This document shows positions 46,478-53,550 of a DNA stretch of 57,775 nucleotides, piece after piece (the stretch's first letter is position 1; every line of letters starts with the position of its first letter). Origin of the DNA: an uncultured archaeon (GTDB lineage: Archaea; Asgardarchaeota; Thorarchaeia; Thorarchaeales; Thorarchaeaceae); the NCBI GenBank assembly GCA_964558645.1, contig CAZLEV010000018.1:1-57775 (forward strand), in the 5' to 3' direction. The translations under genes and the position numbers were made by a program. The notes under the pieces are model-generated. The model searched no databases. It worked only from the letters and a program-made list of their open reading frames with translations, and was not told where the DNA came from.

Positions 46478-46850
46478 TGCTTCGAATCGATCTGTCAAGA
46501 CCATTTGGATAGGTCTGGAGTCGATGCTTCGTAGAAGAGTAAACCTGTCATCATGCTCTCTTGAAATCAGGAGCCTTGTCCCGGCCGGGAGAATGCACTA
46601 GCAGATCCGCTGAGATTAGCCTCTGTCTTTTCGGCCGATAGAGCTAGATATTTACTCAATCTCACATCCCCAGCCTATGGTACGATGAGCGAAGCAACTA
46701 TCCGACGCCTCCCCTGCGCGGGTCTTTCGCTCCCATACTCCACGATGCTCGATCAATATGGCCTCCATGAGGCTGGTTGAGAGGAGTGTCTGAGACTCAT
46801 AGACTTCCATTCTCTTCTTATTGCGTACCGCATTGTGCGATCGTCCCGAA

Positions 46851-47243
46851 TCATTTTTCCTGATGACCTTTATTCCAGACATGCAGACATAGCTCTGAAC
46901 CCTGTTCCTCAACTGAATGTGCGCCCTGCCAAAGCGCCAAGTGTTCGTCAAAATGGAGCACTAGTTCCCTCTCTGTTTTCCTGCCCCTCAATGTGAAGCC
47001 AGTTACGGTATAGGGCGTCTGATCCACTTCTCCTCCCTGCGTAAGCAATTCGAACTCGACATTCCTGCATTCTCTGACCATAGTTTCATGACACTTCATC
47101 AGGAGATTCAGCAAGCCAATCAACTGCTCAGATCGGTCATGCACGAACACCGTCAAGTCGGGATTACCGCCAGTCGCACACCGGATACGCACGCGGTCCC
47201 GTGGCTCCTTCGCCTCGTGGTTGTACTCATCTATCGAGAGCAC
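46851..47243 (-). CDS. Hypothetical protein (virus/plasmid-like cluster)
   Basis: Same frame as 47316-47579, separated from it by a single TGA. Confidence 0.5.
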   Translation of the reverse strand: MLSIDEYNHEAKEPRDRVRIRCATGGNPDLTVFVHDRSEQLIGLLNLLMKCHETMVRECRNVEFELLTQGGEVDQTPYTVTGFTLRGRKTERELVLHFDEHLALWQGAHSVEEQGSELCLHVWNKGHQEK

Positions 47244-47315
47244 AATGGCTAGCTGAGCCTCAGCATCGTCGAACTCCCCGCCAGATCGACTTATCAGAAA
47301 CGATTCAGAAAGATG

Positions 47316-47579
47316 TCACAGTAGGACCATGTCCTCTCTGAGCACCAACTGGAGTCTTTCTACCTGCTTAGACTCCTTGTCAATCCCTGAAGGCAACCGC
47401 TTGATACAGTGCATGCATCGCCGCAGGTGCCGCTCGTCTTCCGACATTACATAGCAGTCCAGGCCGGGATAATCGCCCGGAAGATGATTGCAGATTGCAT
47501 GACCACCTTCAAACCAATGATATTTGGATTGTTTGGTTGGCTTCCCCCAACCATTACCCAAGTGCTTCACATACTTCAC
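47316..47579 (-). CDS. Small Cys/His metal-binding protein, virus-like
   Basis: KYHWF..HAIC..CMHC. The GTG start overlaps the upstream stop (GTGA). Confidence 0.55.
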   Translation of the reverse strand: MKYVKHLGNGWGKPTKQSKYHWFEGGHAICNHLPGDYPGLDCYVMSEDERHLRRCMHCIKRLPSGIDKESKQVERLQLVLREDMVLL

Positions 47580-47701
47580 TTACATCTCCCACCAAACCTT
47601 GAGCATGTGCCACATAAAAGTGGTCGCCTTCGGCCGGGAGAAGGGCACTCTTCTCACAGGTTTGGGAACAGCTTAACCAGATTTACTCCAGCAGAATTCA
47701 T
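47576..47701 (-). pseudogene. Tiny Cys-rich ORF with internal TGA (pseudogene or recoded)
   Basis: MNSAGVNLVKLFPNL*EECPSPGRRRPLLCGTCSRFGGRCK*, with ATGA and GTGA overlaps with both neighbours. Confidence 0.4.
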
Positions 47702-48033
47702 CCGATGCCTTCTTCTGACTCAACGCACTCTCGTGCATGTTCCACGGTGGACTCAAGCTGACTCGCCGCCACTCTAACGCCCACTGAGGCAAGCAATACC
47801 CTGCGCATTTTCCCATCAAGATACATCTCCTCGACACTCCGAAGGGTCACCAGCAGGCTCGACCCTCGCCCGAACTCAGCTACCTCAACCCTCGCATCGG
47901 GATACGCGTGGGCCCGGAGGATCTCAATCCCATGCACAGCCTCGCGGATCCGGTCACATCCCCTGAGATCAAGGTTGTCCCATTCCTTCTCTTCTTTCGT
48001 TTCGTGCGGCACGGTCCTGTCACACATCCCCAT
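47698..48033 (-). CDS. Hypothetical protein (virus/plasmid-like cluster)
   Basis: First ORF of a tightly coupled minus-strand cluster. Confidence 0.55.
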   Translation of the reverse strand: MGMCDRTVPHETKEEKEWDNLDLRGCDRIREAVHGIEILRAHAYPDARVEVAEFGRGSSLLVTLRSVEEMYLDGKMRRVLLASVGVRVAASQLESTVEHARECVESEEGIG

Positions 48034-48330
48034 TCATGCATACGTTCGTCGTGAAGCGAGATAATTAGCTAGCTCGGGGTTGGCGAGCTTCTCCTACCAG
48101 CTAGGTCAGACAAAATCAGAAAGAGGAAACTATTCGGCGGCTGAATGGACACAAACACGTCGCGAGGATCATGGATAATCCTATCGTAGGCTCGGCTAGG
48201 AGAGTCCTATGGTTCTATCTTGGTGTCGACAGAACTGAAAGCTATGACCACTTGCTTCTCCCTGCGAACGGTTGAAATACCGGAATTCATATCGGATCTA
48301 TGAACCACCTCGAAATCGGTAGGATGGAGA

Positions 48331-49185
48331 ATGCCAATAAGGAAGTACTTTGCAGAGAGAGCAGGGAAACCCCGACAGCTCGATATAGATTTGGATACTC
48401 TGAGAGAAGCTTTCTGTCACACAGTTAGATCCTTCATGGAGCGTTACTACTTCCAAGAGGCTACAGGCTATGAATGTGTTGATGCTGGGAGAACTCTAGG
48501 CACATGGGGTGACAACCCAAGAATCTATATCATGAGCGAAACCGGGTTGGATGACGTTTGGCCGATCAAAGACCACGCATCTGACTTCGATAAGCTTGAT
48601 CTTTTCACCATGATTGAGTTTCTACATGACCACGTTTCGAAGCCTGAAAAGGGGTTTAACCACAAATGGAACAATTGCGGGTGGCACTACTCTACTTTCA
48701 ATCGTGAGGAGGGACAGAAGGAATTCAGTAACGCGATGAATCAATTCCTACCTTTCTTCCAGAAAGGATACGAGTTGCGTCATAACGGCGAAATCTGGCG
48801 CAAGATATCCGAGGGCCTACAACCCTTGCTCGATTCGACGCCGAAGACTAACAATCCTGAAGCCATCGATCATCGCGTTGAGGATGCCAAATCCAAGTTT
48901 CTCAGGCACAACGCCTGTCTGACTGACAAGAAAGATGCTGTGAGGACACTCGGGGACGTTCTAGAACGAATAAGACCACAGATAACGGCCTTTGGGGCTA
49001 TGTCAAAGAGCGACGAGAGCGATCTCTTCAAGATTATCAACGGATTCGACATCAGACATCACAACCGGGACCAACAGGGGGAGTACAATAGAGAAATCTT
49101 CTACGACTGGATGTTCTACACTTTCCTGAGCTCAATCGACCTGATTCTAAGATATGCTGAAGAAACCAACCAGAGTGTAGTATGA
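48331..49185 (+). CDS. AbiJ N-terminal-like / HEPN-like putative anti-virus protein
   Basis: N-terminal RKYFAERAG, DLFTMIEFLHD, GYEL..NGEI; C-terminal DAVRTLGDVLE..R and NGFDIRHHN. Confidence 0.6.
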   Translation: MPIRKYFAERAGKPRQLDIDLDTLREAFCHTVRSFMERYYFQEATGYECVDAGRTLGTWGDNPRIYIMSETGLDDVWPIKDHASDFDKLDLFTMIEFLHDHVSKPEKGFNHKWNNCGWHYSTFNREEGQKEFSNAMNQFLPFFQKGYELRHNGEIWRKISEGLQPLLDSTPKTNNPEAIDHRVEDAKSKFLRHNACLTDKKDAVRTLGDVLERIRPQITAFGAMSKSDESDLFKIINGFDIRHHNRDQQGEYNREIFYDWMFYTFLSSIDLILRYAEETNQSVV

Positions 49186-49420
49186 AAAGCCTATTCTGCA
49201 GTTGGGAATTGGCGGTTCAGACGAGGGAAGAACCTTGACGCATTTCCATGTTCTACGCAAGCATGGAATCACAACTGCATGGTAGGTCCCCAGGAATCCA
49301 GTAGTCCAGAATCATAGTCCCACATGAACCCAAACATTGCGTCTGTGCTCTTTCTGTCTATTTCCATAATCGTTTTTAGGAAGGACTAGCATTCCCAAGT
49401 TCGGATAGGAGGTCTGAAAG

Positions 49421-50830
49421 ATCAGTATCATAGCCACTAGCCCAAGCCACAAGGCCGAGAACTCGATCTACTTCGCGGTGTCAACAGCTCTGGTCGTGTT
49501 CATTCTCCTTGCTTTTCAAGGGATGCCTGGAAAACTACCAGATGATGTTGACCCTGTTCTAATCTTGGTCGTCGCTTCAGGAGTAACAGGTCTGCTCGTA
49601 TATACTACTCCTATCAAAGGGATAATGGGCTGTTGCCTTGTTAAGACCTTCAAGAAGCCAAGTAACAATCCCAGACACCTGATACTCTACGGGATCTACA
49701 TCTTCCGTATGTACAGACTTCCATATCAGGATATTGCGCCACCTGATGACATGCTCCTGACAGCAGGGGAAATGACAGTATCGAATAATGACTTGGTAGA
49801 AAAGGGATGGAGAATCCGTGGTGGAGCGTGGTTCCTTCTGACCCTCTTTCTCGCCTGTCCCTTTGTACGAGCTGTTTCTGGTGCGGACGTTGAGGTTTGC
49901 AAAGCCTATCTCGCCATCCTGATAGTCGCTACTCTGGCAGTTTCAATCGCCATCTCCAGGGAATGGCGTACCATGAAAGACGTAACTCTTCTCCTTGCCC
50001 AGTTCTACTGGCTCGACAACTTGGTCACGAGCAAGAGAAGGACCGAAGTGACGAGTGAACCGTCACAACATCAAGTTAGTTTCCGGCAACCACTACCCTT
50101 GGACACAACAAGAAAGAAACCTGAGAAAGGGAAGAAGGCCAAGTATATACCAGTTGCCGTCATCAGGGATGTAACTGTGAGACGAACCAGCGAAAGAAGA
50201 TACAGCGAGCTTGTCGATGGTGAGTGCGAGGTTCTGAGGGACTACATCACAAGAAAGAGCTGGGACATCTTTGCGATGAGATTCGAGAAACTGAGAGATG
50301 CCCTGATAGCAAAGGGGCGCGGAGAACTCCGTTCCTTGCTAGACCGACTACACCTAGAATGGGCATTATCATGGCAGACCACCGAACACCACGTACCCTT
50401 TCAGAATCTTCGGGAGCTCTCACACCTCCTCTTGGAGGAATGTCAGGTTCCAGACAACAGCTGCTCCACAGTCAAATTGATCTTACGCCATGATCAGGAT
50501 TGGATGTCGGATCCGAGCTGGTCTAAGGGCTTCATCAAGGAGGTCTACAGCAAAGACAACTTTCGACGGCTCGACCTTGCAAAGACGAACCTGAGGAGAT
50601 ATGCCGTAGAGATCCGCGTGAGGCAGACAAATGTAACGGTCTCACCCAGACGCGATGATGAGAGTATCTGGGAGTATCTGGACCGCCTCGATGATTATGC
50701 CAAAAGAAACGGCGGGCATATATTTCAACCAGTTCCCAAAGAGCAGATTGAAGAAGCACCACTTGCAACATATTGGGGAACTACATACGGCCCTGAAGAG
50801 AACCATGCCAGTGAGGACAGCCAGACCTAG
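49421..50830 (+). CDS. Membrane protein (about 4 TM plus C-terminal domain), paralog of 44843-46477; start possibly a non-canonical ATC at 49421 (track start GTG 49478)
   Basis: Shared blocks WRIR, LLAQFYWLD, KSWDIFAMRF. The frame is open from 49418, and GGAGGT lies 7 nt before ATC 49421. Confidence 0.7.
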   Translation: MSIIATSPSHKAENSIYFAVSTALVVFILLAFQGMPGKLPDDVDPVLILVVASGVTGLLVYTTPIKGIMGCCLVKTFKKPSNNPRHLILYGIYIFRMYRLPYQDIAPPDDMLLTAGEMTVSNNDLVEKGWRIRGGAWFLLTLFLACPFVRAVSGADVEVCKAYLAILIVATLAVSIAISREWRTMKDVTLLLAQFYWLDNLVTSKRRTEVTSEPSQHQVSFRQPLPLDTTRKKPEKGKKAKYIPVAVIRDVTVRRTSERRYSELVDGECEVLRDYITRKSWDIFAMRFEKLRDALIAKGRGELRSLLDRLHLEWALSWQTTEHHVPFQNLRELSHLLLEECQVPDNSCSTVKLILRHDQDWMSDPSWSKGFIKEVYSKDNFRRLDLAKTNLRRYAVEIRVRQTNVTVSPRRDDESIWEYLDRLDDYAKRNGGHIFQPVPKEQIEEAPLATYWGTTYGPEENHASEDSQT

Positions 50831-51096
50831 AGAATACGTCCCCTCGGTCCTAAAATATCATGTGGTTCAGCAAGCTTGAATCTCGCATAACCCGCTTTTG
50901 CGCATTCGGTGAATGCCTGGTGTACTCACGAGGAAATGCCTTCGAAGTCTAGCCGAGAAAACCATCGGTGACATGTACCTCTTGCTATCATTAGTCCATC
51001 GCTGGCTCCCACTATCCCGCAAGCTAGCTATCGCAGGTTCACAAATAGGTAGCGTAATCGAGTAACCGAATGAGGGGATGAGTCATCTCACGTCAC

Positions 51097-52560
51097 TCAG
51101 TGAAAGACCTCCTCTCTCCATCTGTCTAGGGCGTACGTGAGGAGTCGCACAGAGTCAAGTTGCCTCAGAATCATGCGTCTGTTCTTCTTGTTCTTTGAGA
51201 TTGGCATCTTGTCATGGATCACCCTATTCCTCAGCGACCGGGCATCGTCCGCATCCTTCCACCACCTGTCAAGAAACCTCTCCTCTACTTGAAGTACGTC
51301 CTCGGTGAAGTAGTTCCTTCCAGAGCCCATCATGTAACCAACCGCTGTAGTTTCCCTCCCCATTTTGTCCTTAGGTGAAAAGGGGTTGTCAATACACTTC
51401 GGCTTCCTTCTCTGGTCTTCAAGAATGAAGTTCAGCTCAGCCTCAATTGCTGTGATTGCCAGAATCACTGCTTGCTCTAGCTTTGACTCAGCTAGGGCCT
51501 CATAGGTTTGTGAGAAGATTCCACCGAGCTCGAACCCTTCGGCATACCTATCTAGCGCATCAGGGTCATCAACGATTTCCACAGAATTCCACCAGTCAGT
51601 TTCATCCATATACACCTCATCCATCTTCAACATCGACATGATGACAGAGTGCACACCATAGGGGACAATCTCCTGACCATTCCAGGTGACACGATTCTTG
51701 ATGAAGAAGTAGCCTGACTCGGATTCTCTGATTTCCTTCAGCCAGTGATGCATCCGCTCGTATTTGAAGTACCGTATCACCTTGTTCATGTAGTAGCGAA
51801 AGACCCGAAAGACATATTTCGCAAGCTCCTGAGCATCCAAGAATCCTCTCTCCACCTTCTTGTCGCGAAACCCCTCCATCTTCTTTGGTGCCTCATCCAA
51901 TGAACTCGCAAGGATGCTTCTTCGAGAGCCTCCATCCTTATCATCTGCTTCTCTGAACTCAGCGAATCTCGGAATCAGTTTCTCCACCTCCGACTGAAGT
52001 GCTCCGAGGTTGTTTCGTGTGAAGCCTTCTCCCTTTAGGGTTTCAAGTAGCGTTATGGTTCGCTCCCACTTCTCGTATTGTTTCTTCTCGGTATGAGTGG
52101 GAGCATAGTCGGCATCGTCCAGTATCCTCTTAGCTAGGGCAAATCCCTGCTTCAGATTCTCCTTGATATGGTGCTTCCAGTCGAAATTCCTAACGAGTCC
52201 TGCATTCCACCTGAGCCCCGTTCTGGCGTTCTTGTTGTATTTCTCAAGCTCGATTCTGATCGTGAAGTTCGCCCGGGGGATTTGACATCCTCCATGTTTC
52301 GAGTCTGCAAAGAGCACCTCAAAGTGTTCCCCAAGGGTTATTCCGGGGACATCGATGTTGTCAAGGGTTATAGTAATCGTGCCCGGAAGATGCATCTCCT
52401 CTGATATCTCACGGACATCCTCTATGCACCTGCTGAACAGCATAGTCGCATCTGGGTATTCGGGCACCTCAGATGGGCCCTCGGGGGTACCGCTCTCCGG
52501 CCTTATAGCGAAGAAGGAATCACGATGATACTCGATCTCAAAGACATTCTCCAGATTCAT
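51097..52560 (-). CDS. C-terminal HEPN-domain protein (Apea-like), putative RNase toxin or defence effector
   Basis: AVILAITAIEAEL helix and Rx4H motif RNRVIH. AAGGGAG SD. Confidence 0.7.
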   Translation of the reverse strand: MNLENVFEIEYHRDSFFAIRPESGTPEGPSEVPEYPDATMLFSRCIEDVREISEEMHLPGTITITLDNIDVPGITLGEHFEVLFADSKHGGCQIPRANFTIRIELEKYNKNARTGLRWNAGLVRNFDWKHHIKENLKQGFALAKRILDDADYAPTHTEKKQYEKWERTITLLETLKGEGFTRNNLGALQSEVEKLIPRFAEFREADDKDGGSRRSILASSLDEAPKKMEGFRDKKVERGFLDAQELAKYVFRVFRYYMNKVIRYFKYERMHHWLKEIRESESGYFFIKNRVTWNGQEIVPYGVHSVIMSMLKMDEVYMDETDWWNSVEIVDDPDALDRYAEGFELGGIFSQTYEALAESKLEQAVILAITAIEAELNFILEDQRRKPKCIDNPFSPKDKMGRETTAVGYMMGSGRNYFTEDVLQVEERFLDRWWKDADDARSLRNRVIHDKMPISKNKKNRRMILRQLDSVRLLTYALDRWREEVFH

Positions 52561-52694
52561 TCACTCCCTTTTCGTTTCATTCCTAGAAACCACGATATCC
52601 CATCATATGTGAGATATCCAGATAAGTGTTCCAAGGGGAGCGACAAAACATAGATATATCCGGTCACAGAAGGATTCTACTTGGTTGAGGGGCC

Positions 52695-53501
52695 TTGAAG
52701 CTGGAAGAATCGACTCCAGAACCGAAGAGCTGGGTCTACGGATGTCTTGAGTCAGGCGGATGGCGTATTCATACACTGGAGGGATACTCCATAGATGACT
52801 CTGGAACTACGGCATGTTTCGAGAGAAGAAAGAGTGACTGCCCTCCGCTGGAAATCGACGAAGACGAGCTAACGGATTGGTTCTACAAGCACGAAGACTT
52901 GGACAAATGGCAGGCCAGAACTCTGCTTGCTAAGCAACTTGGTGTTGACCTCGTACTTGTCATCTGGGACGATAGTTTGGAGGAGATCAACACCTTCACT
53001 GTCAATGTCGGGGCTGACAGATGGGTCCAGGTAGATTCTCTCATCTCCTTTGCATCATGTGCTGAATTCGCTGACTGGCTCGCGGAACTCAAAGGAATCA
53101 CTGTGACCAAACCCTTCGCTACTGGAGGTAGGTTGGCAGATATCGATGAATGGCTGCGAGAGTATGGGGTGCCGTGGCCTGGAAATCTGGACGGCTTTCT
53201 GGTTTCTCGACGCAGAGAGGTGCTCGCGCTATTCGAATTCAGTAGGACACGAAAGATGCCCGTTCGATACCATGATGTAAACAAGTACTTCCGCAAGGAC
53301 ATCAACCGCTGGAAACCGCTCGATATCCTGAAGAAGGAGCTTGACGTGTTTCTTTACATCATACTCTGGTCCAGTAGCGAGGATATCGTGAAACTACAGA
53401 AGTTATCACGCATCACAAACGGATTACACTATGAATGGCAGGAACTACTCAATTCTCAGGGGCTAATATCAGCCTTCAACAGAGAATTTGGGAATCCTTA
53501 A
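52695..53501 (+). CDS. Restriction-endonuclease-like protein with two tandem PD-(D/E)XK-type repeats
   Basis: LEGY..CFERRK..DLDKW..LAKQLGVDLVLVIW versus LDGF..LFEFSR..DINRW..LKKELDVFLYIILW. Confidence 0.6.
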   Translation: MKLEESTPEPKSWVYGCLESGGWRIHTLEGYSIDDSGTTACFERRKSDCPPLEIDEDELTDWFYKHEDLDKWQARTLLAKQLGVDLVLVIWDDSLEEINTFTVNVGADRWVQVDSLISFASCAEFADWLAELKGITVTKPFATGGRLADIDEWLREYGVPWPGNLDGFLVSRRREVLALFEFSRTRKMPVRYHDVNKYFRKDINRWKPLDILKKELDVFLYIILWSSSEDIVKLQKLSRITNGLHYEWQELLNSQGLISAFNREFGNP

Positions 53502-53550
53502 ATCGTTCTGGATTGGACTATGGTTTCAACCATCCCGAGGGGGTACAAGT

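Noticed and set aside
46851-48033. Element-wide alternative genetic code (TGA as a sense codon)
   Set aside because: The same cluster uses TGA as a stop in its ATGA/GTGA overlaps, so global reassignment is inconsistent.
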